DNA of 64,000 bases from Girardia tigrina. Its lineage: Eukaryota. The notes under the pieces were generated by a model. The model did no database searches, was not told the origin of the DNA, and saw nothing but the letters and a program-made list of their open reading frames with translations. The translations under genes were made by a program, and so were the position numbers. Of the stretch, positions 25,740 through 38,279 are shown piece by piece (within the stretch, counting starts at the first letter, position 1; every line of letters starts with the position of its first letter). The DNA lies in assembly GCA_001938485.1 (NCBI GenBank), contig MQRK01247738.1, positions 30,174 to 94,173 of the forward strand, read 5' to 3'.

Positions 25740-26987
25740 TGTAGTTTAATGGATGAATTCTAATTTGTTTGAATAATATAGTTTTTGTAAATAAAAAAAT
25801 CATCTTATTTTACAAGCTATCGCGGCTATGAAAGCTATCAGTAATTTGATGGTGGGGAGGACGTCGAACGTTGGATCGACAGATTCGAGTTTGCCATCGA
25901 GGTAGACGGGTTAAGGGAAAAAGAAGTCTCATGCTTGGTAATGCTGTTGGACTGGCCGGTATACGACACGTTGAAGGGTTTATCGCTGAATCAACAGAGA
26001 AATACCAAGGAAATCAAAAGTGAGTTGCGCCGAGTGTTTGGTCTGGGGAGATTTGACGTATGGCTTCTGCTGGGTCAAAAGAAGATTCTCCCGGGTGACA
26101 GATTGGGCATGTCAATCAGCTGATACGGACCGTTGTTGGGGACCAGGTTTTGTGCAATGACATTTATTAACAGTTTACCGGATCAATTAAAAAGAGAGGT
26201 GCAATCAAGATTGGACGTCTAATTTACGTTCAAGAGTATTAGGAACTTGGCCAAAAAGATATCGCCTCATCAACATCATCAAGAGGTGATTGCGGTAACC
26301 ATCAATAAATTTCGATATGTTGGTTGTTATTGACTTAGACAGGCGCAGAAGATATGTAGAGTTAAATGCTTTAAATGCGGAGAAGTTGGACATATAAAAG
26401 CAAACTGTAACATGTCGGGAAACGACAGAAGGGAGGAGGTCGCGGGTCCAACCTCTCCCTAGTGAATAGTGTAGGACTAAATGTCATAGTAAAAGGTGGT
26501 GGTGGTGTAACTAGTGGCAATAGTTACGCCTATAAAAAGCCACAAGGTACCTAGGACAACTGTGTCAACAAGGTGGCCGTGAATTGCCTCAAAAATTCGC
26601 AATCACCATTAATTTATTCATGTTCAGCTGTTATTCCGAATTTATTGATTCGTCAAGCGCTAATCGACGGGGAAAGGATGAAGGTGATGATCGAGACGGG
26701 GAGTAGTGCCACTCTTATTAAAAGAGGTTACACAAAGTCAAGAATCGAAGGAGAACATGAACCTGGTAGCGGTCGACGGTAGTTGGGTAAATATCCTGGG
26801 TAAAGTGCAACTATATGAGATGATATTTGACGGTATGAACCTGGGGCCCGTTAGAGCAATTGCAGTTGAAAGTGGTTGATTATGTGATTTGAACTGGAGA
26901 TCATGGGAGAGTGTAATTTAATTGATGAATTCTAATTTGTTTGAATAATATAGTTTTTGTAAATCGAAAAAATCATCTTATTTTACA
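25740..26987 (+). mobile_element. Small non-autonomous LTR element (75/76-bp LTRs; gag-protease remnants only)
   Basis: LTRs 25740-25814 and 26912-26987 (TGTA...TACA), TSD ATTAC, PPT GGGAGAG. Zinc knuckle CFKCGEVGHIKANC; protease IETGSSATLI (catalytic D to E). Empty homologous site at about 12160. Confidence 0.9.
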
Positions 26988-28090
26988 ATTACTAATTTTA
27001 TTGTGATCCTTAAACTTGATTTGTTCTATATTTTGGTTCATATTGTTGAATAATTACAAATGTAATTTTATTCGTAGTAAACATTTTTATATTATTCTTA
27101 TAAGAACATAACTGAACTGATCAATGATCAGTGATCATTTACATTTATATTGATCCTTTAAATTGCTTCTTTTTAATATGTAAAAGAAAGGATCTCACCG
27201 AATAATTCAATTAGTTCTGTATTTGGTTTCTAATACAAATAAGCTATTTCCAATTTATAACTAAAACCCATCACGTAATTTAATCTTATATTTAATAAAA
27301 CATCTAATAAAATAAAATAACAATAACTTAAATAAAATTTATTTTAGCATTTGTTGAGATTTTTACTAATTTTTTATATTGTTATTGCACCATGATTTCG
27401 ATGTCTTCATTATCATAAAACTTCGTTTATCCGAACGTATATAATCGTTTATCTGAAAGAACTTCTTCAAAAAGTATGTGGACATTCGAGAGTCAACTTT
27501 GTATTTTTATTCCATCAATAAGCATGTATGATGTGCCAAAGGAAGTACAATATTTTATATTTTGTCATCAGGAAAAGGATTATTGTACAAAAAGTTTGTC
27601 CTTAAAATGTACCTTCAAACATGCTTAAGGGTCGATATTCCTGTTTGTCGTGATTTAGAAATATAATAATCAATCTTCGTTTTACTCTCATTCGTTTATT
27701 ATGGAATTTAAATCTTTTATTATTATTATTATTATTTTAAACCAATTAATATTGCACGCTTATTCTTGTAACCTCATTTCGTATTTTGATTTACATTATA
27801 AGTCAAAAATTAATTTTGATAAACTTTTTTTGAACTAATTTAAATAAATATTAAAAAATTTTCTTTGACAATTTCTTTTATATTTTCTTTTTTATAGGTT
27901 GAATCAAAAAATATTTTTATGCAATTTTTAATGAGTAAATTGATTCATTTAATATCGAATTTTTGACTTGTTTTATTCATTTTTAAACTATAAATATATC
28001 AAAACAACAAATAGACAACAACGGAATTTATTTTTCTGATATTTGATACTCATAACATAATAAATAAATAAATAAATAAATTATTTGATC

Positions 28091-28318
28091 TCAATATTTG
28101 CTGTAACTGTCGTAACCGTACGAATCATATTTGTCGTATTTTTCATATTTGTCGTATTTGTCGTACTTTCCGTATTTGTCGTGTTTTCCGTATTTGTCGT
28201 ATTTGTCGTATTTGTCGTACTTTCCGTATTTGTCGTGTTTGCCGTACTTGTCGTATTTGTCGTAGTAATCGTCTGCTACAACGAACGCGATGAGAACTGC
28301 AAGAATGAGTAACTTCAT
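28091..28318 (-). CDS. Secreted Tyr/Lys/Asp tripeptide-repeat peptide, copy 2 (75 aa)
   Basis: Identical to copy 1 except one E to D and two synonymous changes. Confidence 0.9.
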   Translation of the reverse strand: MKLLILAVLIAFVVADDYYDKYDKYGKHDKYGKYDKYDKYDKYGKHDKYGKYDKYDKYEKYDKYDSYGYDSYSKY

Positions 28319-28803
28319 GTTTGAATGAAAGTATCAAATATGTAGTAATAAAATGTTGTGAAGAAACAGTGAAACAGACGGATATTTATACAATTCTGTC
28401 TACAGCGATGTTACAAAGTTTGAAAGATAAAACTTACCGCAGACCTTCATTATTCACCTTTAAGCCATGATAATTTGCAGTTTTCATCGTACGATTTGCT
28501 AAAGGTGAATTTCGAAAACAAAATCTTTACGTACAGATAGTAGAAATGTCGTCGTGTCATTTTCGATATGTTAAATGTACAAAATATTCTTGTTCGAATA
28601 ATTTTAGACGTTTTTCTCTCTTTATTCTTTTGTGATTCGATACGCAAAAATTAAATTTCAATAGAAAATCTAAAAGTAATGAAAATTTTCTAAACTAAAT
28701 AATAATTTAATTTTAATGCATTGATATTATTTTTATATTATTTAATTAGTTTTAAAGTATTTTATTTTAATTAATTTATGTTGCATTAAAATATATTTTA
28801 TGG

Positions 28804-28845
28804 TCGCAATATATTTCGGTGGATGTTCCACCATCTTCAGGCTGA
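28804..28845 (-). ncRNA. Minimal hammerhead ribozyme (PLE family B)
   Basis: CTGAAGA-T-GGTGGA/ACA/TCCACC-GAAA-TATA-TT. Confidence 0.8.
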
Positions 28846-31491
28846 ATAAACAACAAATTCGCTGTCTTATATATAGCAAATTGATGATTATGCAAACATC
28901 TTGCGTAATAACTAATTAAATATTTTCAACAAATTGGAAGAGACTTGTTTGGACATTAATGGACGGATTGAGTGATTTAATCAATAATGCTTCACAAGTA
29001 ACTCTTTCCCAATAATTTTTAAAATTACTGCACAATATTTTAAAACTAGTTGTTTTCACCTCCGATTTACAACCCTTCATATGTCCAGCAATACTACTCC
29101 CATTACCCAATCGTCCATGCTCCTGAATCCGTTTACAGAAATGACGAGATATCTCTCCAATGTATGTAGCGTTGCACCCATTACACGAAAATTGATAAAC
29201 CAGATTGGAGCATAAACTCAAAGGAGTACGAGATTTATTGTTCAACATACTTTTTTTATTAATTAATTTATATATCGTCTCATAGTTAGTTTCTTTAAAA
29301 ATGATTTCGAATATCCATTTTTCTGCAATAGTTATGTTAGTTTATCTATGCTTGTATATGCATTTTCGTATGTTGATTATAGAGACCAACACCTAAATAA
29401 CAAACCTTTTATCATACTTCTATTATACTTAGGTTCACAGAAGCTTTTAGTAGTAGTATATTGCCCTGTATCTGTTTTCTTTCTATAAATCTCTGTCTCG
29501 TAACGACTCCCTTTTCTCTCAATTAACAAATCTAAAAATAGTAAAACACCATTCTTCTCAAGCTCAACCGTGAAAACAATATTAGAATGAATGGAATTCA
29601 TATAAGATAAAATCGGCAACCTTTTCGTATGTTGATGATAGAGACCAACACCTAAATAACAAACCTTTTATCATTTAATATTATACTTCTATTATACTTA
29701 GGTTCAATTTAAAAAGGTTCTATTTTAAAAAACCTGTCAAAAAAAATTAATGTTTGTAAATTTGATAAAGGTATTGGCTTAGGTTTTTTGGATAAATCTG
29801 ATTATCTTAATAAGCTTCATGAAGTGTTAGAAGGTCCACAATTCAAAAAATTAGATAATTTTCGAAAAAATAGGAAACTTCTACCATTGAAAGATGATGA
29901 ATTTCTACGTTCTCTTTTGACTAAACTTTGTAAAAACGGTCACATGGATAAGAAATTAGAAAAACTTTTATGTCCTACTGGTTCCCAACCTGCTACACTT
30001 TATGGTCTTCCTAAGGTACATAAGGATAGAATTCAAATGAGACCTGTTTTATCCATGAATAAAACATCTCAATACTATATTGCAAAATTTTTGGTTTCGA
30101 AATTAAAACGTTTGATTTCCTCTGAGTTCCAGTGTAAAGATAGCTTTCAATTTGTTGAATTTATTTCTAACTTTGATTTTGGTAATGAAAATGAATTCAT
30201 GGTTTCTTTTGACATTGCAAGTCTTTTTACCAATGTCCCATTGATGGAAACAATTGATCTATTTTGTGATCTCTGGAAATGTAATAGTGGTGAACATGAT
30301 AGTCTTGATGAGTTTGCTTTTCGTGAATTACTTACATTTGAAACATCAAATGTTCATTTTTTGTTTAATGATAATTGGTATAAATAGGTAGATGGTGTTG
30401 CAATGGGTTCCCCTTTAGCAACAACAGTTGCATCCAGTTTTCTATCTAACATTGAAAATAAAATTCATTTGTTCACGGGTGTTAGACCTTTAGCTTATAA
30501 ACGATATAATAATGATATTTTTCTCGTCTTTAAAGAGCGTGAAAATATGTTGCCGATTTTATCTTATATGAATATCATTCATTCTAATATTGTTTTCACG
30601 GTTGAGCTTGAGAAGAATGGTGTTTTACTATTTTTAGATTTGTTAATTGAGAGAAAAGGGAGTCGTTACGAGACAGAGATTTATAGAAAGAAAACAGATA
30701 CAGGGCCATATACTACTATTATAAGCTTCTGTGAACCTAAGTATAATAGAATTATGATAAAAAGTTTGTTATTTAGGTGTTGGTCTCTATCATAAACATA
30801 CGAAAATGCATATACAAGCATAGATAAACTAACAGAGCTATTGCAGAAAAATGGATATTCGAAATCATTTTTAAAGAAACTAACTAATGAGACGATAGAT
30901 AAATTAATGAATAAAGAACATGAGGATAAAGGTGAATTAAATCTAATGAAAATTCTAATATTGGATATACGCTAATCGTTCCTTATTCAGAAGGTTACAA
31001 AAATTGAAATCATCTATTTTAAAATCAATCGATAGTAAAAATTTGAATTTAAAAATCATTTCTAAATCTTACAAAATGCAAAGTATGTTCAGCAATAAAT
31101 CTTATACTCCTTTGAGTTTATGTTCCAATCTGGTTTATCAATTTTCGTGTAATGGGTGCAACGCTACATACATTGGAGTGACGTCTCGTCATTTCTGTAA
31201 ACGGATTCAGGAGCATGGACGATTGGGTAATGGGAGTAATATTGCTGGACATATGAAGGGTTGTAAATCGGAGGTGAAAACAACTAGTTTTAAAATATTG
31301 TGCAGTAATTTTAAAAATTATTGGGAAAGAGTTACTTGTGAAGCATTATTGATTAAATCACTTAATCCGTCTATTATTGTCCAAACAAGTCTCTCTTCCA
31401 ATTTGTTGAAAATATTTAATTAGTTATTACGCAAGATGTTTACATAATCATCAATTTGCTATATATATAAGACAGCGAATTTGTTGTTAAT

Positions 31492-31533
31492 TCAGCCTGA
31501 AGATGGTGGAAAATCCACCGAAATATATTGCGA
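31492..31533 (+). ncRNA. Minimal hammerhead ribozyme (PLE family B)
   Basis: CTGAAGA-T-GGTGGA/AAA/TCCACC-GAAA-TATA-TT; bulged stem I TC(A)GC/GCGA. Confidence 0.8.
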
Positions 31534-31914
31534 CAATAAAATTTGAGTTTAATGGCGTTCTGGATTGTAAAATTTTGCCATTATTTTTTAAATTTCTTAT
31601 TAAAATTTATTTATTAATATTAAAACAAAAACCTGTTTTTAATTTAACTGATAGAAAATGATTTTTCAAGAAAGATTAAAAGGAAAACATAAACGATTAT
31701 TAAATGAAGAAAATATATTTTTTCTGTTAATTTATTTGAAACAATTTATTTAAATTTTGTATCATGTAAATATGTTAAATGAAAGTTCGAACTTTGATTT
31801 AAAATTGAAAATATAAATAAATATATAAATTCCGTGAAATTTGGAATTTATTTCCGGAATGTCGTTATACAAGAATATATATATATATATATAAATTGTT
31901 TGTGAAAGATTACT

Positions 31915-32450
31915 TTTCAGGATGAGGATCGATATATGGGCTCAGCCACAATAAGGAACTGACGACATGAAAGAAGTTACGAGATACAATTAGATGATGG
32001 TAGAATATTGTTCAGAAATGTGGAATGGCTAAAGCCATTCAAATCGAGGGGGATGTGAGGATTATTTTAAATTTGGTATGTTGAAATTGGTTTGTTGAAT
32101 TTTGTATGTTGAGTTTAGTATTTGGAAATGTTTTTCTCCCACCCAGATGGAAAATTAATATTTTAGATGTTCACGATAAATAATTATTTGAGTATAATTT
32201 GCATTTCAAAGTACAGCATAAGATATTTAAAAAACTTTAAAAATATTAAATCGTTTCAAATTTTAATATTAAAAATTTAAATAAAGTAAATAACTTTTAA
32301 CTAAGTTTTAAATTAAATAAATGTTCTTTCTTTAAATAAAATTAATGTGTAGATAAAATTATTACTAAAATTAGAATATTTGAATTTTAAAAGTAAAATC
32401 TGAATATAATGAAAAATATGTTCGAATAATTGTTTATTAACAAACATTAA

Positions 32451-32455
<5 letters not shown>
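31915..32455 (+). mobile_element. Gypsy 3' end: integrase C-terminus, PPT, 3' LTR (family 2)
   Basis: 'RHERSYEIQLDDGRILFRNVEWLKPF', PPT GAGGGGGA, LTR starting TGTGAGG at 32054. Confidence 0.8.
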
Positions 32456-32485
<30 letters not shown>

Positions 32486-32525
32486 TTGAGTCTTATAAAC
32501 GTAAGTTTAATATTTTGAAAATATA

Positions 32526-33300
32526 AGTTATGATATTAAATTTAATTTGTTTTAATAATATATAATTTTATAACTGAACGTGTTTTTGATGGATAATAAA
32601 CCTATCGTAACTGGCGACCACGCCGAAAATATTAACGCTATAACGCGTAGCCAGCAGCTCAATTTATTGTTAGCAGCGCTTCCAAAGAAAGCTCAGGAAT
32701 TACTGAGTTTTAATGTGAGAAAGTTCGATGGAAGAGACTCACAAGAAGCTGAAAGATGGCTGAAGGATATAGAAGAATGGTTGTCCTTGAATGATTTGCC
32801 GTTGGTAAATGCTTTTGATTTATTACTTTCAGAAGAAGCCGGTGAATTATGGAAGGGCCATAAAACGGATGCTTTAACTCAGGACGAAGCGCGAGATTGG
32901 TTCCGTGAAACATTCACGGTGAAGAAGTCCATTCTGGATAGTTTTGTGGAGCTGGCAAATGTTAAACAAGATGAGAAAGAAAAATTCGCGACTTTTGAAA
33001 TTCGAGTAAGGAAATAGCTTAACAATGTTTTTGACTCGGAGCTGAGTCGTGATGAAATATTGAACGAATTTTTATCGAAACGGGTAAGAAGTACGGGACT
33101 CAGGAACTCGTTGGTGTTAAAGCCGGACATCAAAAGGGAATGTAACCATCCGATGGAAATGAGTCTCTGAAAAATATTGCTGCTATCAAGTGTAATTCAA
33201 AGTCTACTAAGACCGCTGTTGAACCAATCTAATTAAGTTTGTAGATGCTGAAGGTTAATGGAAAACCGAAGATCGATATCATGATTGGCGGAATTTTCAC
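32526..33300 (+). mobile_element. Gypsy-like 5' portion: 87-bp AGT...ACT LTR, primer-binding site (PBS), gag
   Basis: LTR 32526-32612 with terminal inverted repeat AGTTATGATA/TATCGTAACT. PBS TGGCGACCACG. Gag 'KFDG...AERWLKDIE'. Confidence 0.75.
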
Positions 33301-34403
33301 CTGCTCCCAATCCTATGCTTAGTAAAAAAATACTGTAATTTTGAGCACACGCGAAATTGAGCACACTACAAACACCAACATTTATTATTTTATTAATAAT
33401 AAATAAAAATATTTTAATTTTTCGGAAATAAATAATATCACCTTCTTGTCTCCTTTACAATATTTGTTACAAAAAAATGACAAACAAAACACTGAAAAAA
33501 AAGTTAAAGTTTTAACTAATATTTCCTAGAATCATCTCAAATCTTCTTAATCCAGAGCACATAGCTTTTCATGGTCGGTTGACTAAAGTAAAACTAATTT
33601 TGTATGAATTTTCAACTAAGAAAAAACGTTTTCAAAATAAACATCTAAAATGTTAAATTGGTCTTGATTTTAAAGAAGCATAACAAATTCACATAAATTG
33701 ATATATTTTGATCGTCAAGACTTAAAATAGAAAATATTTCCTTTCTTCAAATTCTAGGTCGCAAGACATTTTCTGTAAAAGTACTGTAGTTATACTATCA
33801 GACAACGATATTATATATTCATAATTGACGATGATATCAGAAGATTATAAGAGATTCAACAAAATAATATTGACATCTGAAACCATTGTGAAACCATTAA
33901 ACATTTTAGTGATAATCGAAATTGAACATCTTTTAATTTCGAAGAAAAATCAAAGACTTGATAAGAATTACAAATACCTTTTTCCCAGTAACAGATGTAA
34001 TTTTACTTTGCAGTCTGATATGGGTGTTTTTATCAGGCAACACATACTAGGGTGATTCAAAAGTTTGTTTCCAAGCCCTTCATTTTGACAGTTATTTTAT
34101 ATGAATATTCTATTTTGGCATTATTGATTTTATTTTATTTATAATTGTATGACGAATCTCCTTGTATAGTGTTAGTTTTTTAATTAAACGTTTGTTTGTT
34201 TATTCTTGTCCAATTATGTAGAGCGAAAAGGTCAGTGTTCGTTTTTTACAGCAGCGCTGGCCAACCAGTAGGTCATGAGCAGGCCGTGGCTCATTGCAAG
34301 ATAATTTGCTGCTCACAAAACAAAATATATAATATTTGTCTAAAACGTGTGTTTGTTTGTTTGTCGGTCACGTTTTTAAATGTAAAATTGTGGAGGAACC
34401 AAA

Positions 34404-35435
34404 GTGAATTCCTTTAAGAACGGGATCAATCTGGACAACCCACATCAATACAAGTCTGTCGGTACAAATTTTCTTAGTAGTCTGAACATGAGAATGGAAT
34501 ATCGGAAAGGAGGAAAACACTCAAATGCGGATGCAATGTTGAGAAATTCTTGTGAATTATGTAGTCAGTATCAAACAATGCACGAAGAAGCTAAGAAAGG
34601 AAAGTTTAAAACACGAATCTTGACATTAGAAAAGTATTTAACTCATTTGACATTATTTGACTTGCAGAAAATAATGACGAAATAAATCAGATCAGAGAAG
34701 ATATTAGAATGGGAAGAACAAATAAATGAATACTGAAAGACAATATTGTGACAACAATAGATAATAAATATTGGATTCCGAGAAACACAAGGACAGAATT
34801 CGTGGAAGATGCTCACAAGATGCTGTGCCATGCTGGTAGTAAAAAGGTTTATAACTATTTGAAGGATGATTTTGATATAGTTAATATGATAGAGCTAATT
34901 AAGGAATTTGTAAAATGTTGCATAAACTGTCAAAAGAGAAAGACTTTAACCACAAAAACGAAAGAAAGTTATTGTTAAGAGAACTCACACATTTAACAGA
35001 ACATTTATTACATTCACATTTCTTATCATCTTTATGATTATCAATTATATTGCTTTCACTAGAATCCATCAATCAATTTTCAATATCTCCCATTATAATC
35101 TGAACTAACTTGAGAAAGTTATTTTATTTAGAAATATTTAATTTAAATTTGATTTGATGAAATAAAATATTTTTATAGTTATTTTTTTAACATTAATTTG
35201 ATTTTAATTATTTAAAAATTTACAAAAATAAAATCATTAAAATTATTTAAAAGTTGCAATAATAAAAACTAAAAATTTGAATATTAAACCTAAATTTAAA
35301 TAAATTAGTTTCAGATTATAAGAATTGAAATATTGATCGTCCATCTGGTTAGGAGAGGCACAATCCCAAATCAACATACAACATTTAAACATGCAAAAAC
35401 TACACAAAACATCCACCCACCAAATATTTCTCACA
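34404..35435. mobile_element. Gypsy RNase H/integrase zinc-finger fragment (+) followed by an LTR copy (-)
   Basis: 'EYRKGGKHSNADAM', 'HKMLCHAG...CINCQ'. LTR with the shared motif ends ATTTCTCACA at 35435. Confidence 0.75.
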
Positions 35436-35467
35436 GTTATATTAAACAATTTGCTGATGAACTTTTT

Positions 35468-36271
35468 CATTTTTGATTTTTTCTTTTTCGATTATTTTAT
35501 CTACAGTCTCACGAGTGAGTCTGTCTATGATGGACTTAGAGTAACCGTTATTATTCAATAACTTGCTCAATGTATCAATAATAACGGTTACTCTAAGTCC
35601 ATCATAGAGAGACTCACTCGTGAGACTGTAGATAAAATAATCGAAAAAGAAAAAGTCAAAAATGAAAAAATTAATAGTTTAAACATTGAAAACTGCTTTA
35701 CACCCGGGTATACTCTAAGCTTACCTTACTCCGAGGGTTTTAAACACCTCAAGAATTCGATCTTGAAATCAACANNNNNNNNNNNNNNNNNNNNNNNNNN
35801 NNNNNNNNNNNNNNNNNNNNNNNNNNNNNNNNNNNNNNNNNNNNNNNNNCTCCTTTAGGATTGTGTTCGGACATTGTTTATCAATACACATGTAATGGGT
35901 GCAATGCCACGTACATCGGAGAGACTGCCCGTCATCTCTGCAAACGAGTCCAAGAACACAGTCAAAAAAGGGGGAAAGAGTAATATTGCTGAGCATAAAA
36001 AAACATGTAAATGTAATATGAGCATAAATGATTTTAAGATTTTGTGCAAGCATTTTAAAAATTATTGGGAGAGAGTGTCATGNNNNNNNNNNNNNNNNNN
36101 NNNNNNNNNNNNNNNNNNNNNNNNNNNNNNNNNNNNNNNNNNNNNNNNNNNNAATTTGTTAAGAGTTTTCGATTAGACTTACGTAAGTGATTGCATAATC
36201 ATTCATTTTCTTATATAAAAGCAATAAAAAAAGAACATAATCAGTGATCTGATGATGACGGTTAAACCGTC
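35468..36271 (+). mobile_element. Penelope family A 3' fragment with short inverted 5' segment; hammerhead truncated
   Basis: Near-identical to the family A arms at 17506-19408. Inverted arm 35468-35580. Ends at ...AACCGTC, before the GAAA box. Confidence 0.85.
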
Positions 36272-37950
36272 AGAATTTAGAATTATCAAAATCAGAAATT
36301 GATGTTTTAAAGTTTGGATTTAATCACGGTATTAAAACTAGAGTAAATGAATGGAAAATTAAATGTAAAGTTGAGAGTCTCTTTAATCATATTAGTAATG
36401 ACGATATTATTTATAATGAAAATTTAAAAACTGATTTAAGACGTGCAACAGATAAATATATTTCAAAAAATAAAAAATTAAAATTAAATGATGAAAAATT
36501 ACTTTTAAAATTAAAAAAGCATGAAATTTGCATTTCAAAATTCGATAAAGGAAATGGTGTATTTATTCAAAACAAGTCTGATTATTTGAATAAAATGTAT
36601 TCTATATTGAATACGAATAAATTTAGTGTTATTGATAAAACATATTAATTTAATGATAAACAATTTTATAAAAAGTAATGATTTAAATTCTACTCTTAAA
36701 AACAGTTTACTAGCTCAAGGGTCACAACCTTCTAAGTTATACGGTCTTCCAAAAGTACACAAAACAGACATCCCGATGACTCCTGTGTTGTCAATAATTG
36801 GAAGTGCACAATATAATGTTACTAAGACTCTTGTTAAATTATTAAAACCATTAATAAATAATCCTTTAGAATGTAAGGATAGTTTTGCATTCATTGAAAA
36901 GATTATAAAAAGAAGGAAGATGTGAATAGTATTTTAAACTTTATAAACAATTTACATCCAAACATTAATTTTCCTTGTGAAAGTGAAAGTAATAATAAAA
37001 TATCATTTTTGGATGTCTTGATTGAAAATAAGCAAAATAGATTCATGACAGGGGTCTACAGAAAACCAACGGACACTGGTCTTTACAGTACTCCGAGTAG
37101 TTTCTGTGACCCAAAATATAATAGAAATATGATTAAGGGTCTAGTACATAGAGTTTGGAGGATAACTTCTTCTTTTGAAATTTTTGATAAAGAATTTGAT
37201 ACTCTTCATAATAGACTTAGTATTAATGGTTATAATAAGAAATATTTAAATAACATCATTAAAAATACTGTGAAGTCAATTTATTTAAAATCAAAAGACA
37301 AAATTAATAAAAATTTGAATGCAACTGAGGAAGTGATTAATTCGAAAAAAATTTATTTAAAAATTCCGTATTCCGAAGGTGCTAGGGATTTTAAACGAAT
37401 TTTAGAAAAACAGGCCCCAGTAGGTGTTACAATTAAAGTATTGTTTCTAACTAATAAAATTTCTAATTATTTCTCAAATAAATCTAAAACACAATTGGGC
37501 ATGAAAGCAAATTTAGTTTACCAATATAAATGTCACAAGTGTGAATCCTTGTACATTGGAGAGACAAATCGTCACCTCCGTAATAGAATTGCAGAACATA
37601 CCCAATCAAGTAGAAAAAGCTCAATTTTGGACCACATAGTAAAATGTCATGGAACTCAAAGGAAGGTATTTGATAATTATTTTCGGGTTTTGATTAGTAA
37701 CTTTGATCACAATTATGAAAGGACAATTACTGAAGCACTCTTGATAAAGTTTTGTAAACCTAGTGTAAATGTGCAAAGGGATTCGTTCAATCATATTAGA
37801 GTATTTTGACGTAACACACTGTGACGTAATGGTCATCTTTCTATATAAACAATAAGTTTCTAATTAAATACAGAATTGAAGATGCCACAAGAGTGGCGAA
37901 ACATGTTTTCCAATAAAAATTTAAAATTAAAATGGTGTTATTTTTGTTTA
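36272..37950 (+). mobile_element. Penelope-like element family C, RT core deleted
   Basis: N-terminal 'NLELSKSEIDVLKFGFNH' and LYGLPKVHK, then a jump from 'KDSFAFIEKI' to the thumb. Intact thumb + GIY-YIG ORF 36922-37809 (LVYQYKCHKCESLYIGETNR). Confidence 0.9.
37873..37910 (+). ncRNA. Variant minimal hammerhead (U at core position 3)
   Basis: GAA-TTGAAGA-T-GCCAC/AAGA/GTGGC-GAAA-CATG-TT-TTC. Confidence 0.7.
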
Positions 37951-38020
37951 TATATATATATATATATATANNNNNNNNNNNNNNNNNNNNNNNNNNNNNN
38001 NNNNNNNNNNNNNNNNNNNN

Positions 38021-38081
<61 letters not shown>

Positions 38082-38279
38082 GTTTAGGTGAGTTAATAAA
38101 CTAATATATCCAGAGCGTTTACTACCTCGGTTTACAGTATTTACCCCCTCTTTTATTAGCTTTCATAAATTATGAATAATATTCCTACATTCATATAAAA
38201 AATAACTAAGTATAAATTTTTATTTCAAAATCAATGTACAAAGAAAAACGTTTTCATTTGTCTCATCATCCTCATCAAT

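Larger units (their letters stand above)
28800..31620. mobile_element. Penelope-like element family B pseudogene with inverted 5' segments
   Basis: Plus-strand RT (LYGLPKVHK, SFDIASLFTNVP, AMGSPL, RYNND instead of YVDD; stops) and GIY-YIG 31004-31423. Inverted endonuclease and thumb copies at 28800-29706. Confidence 0.9.
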
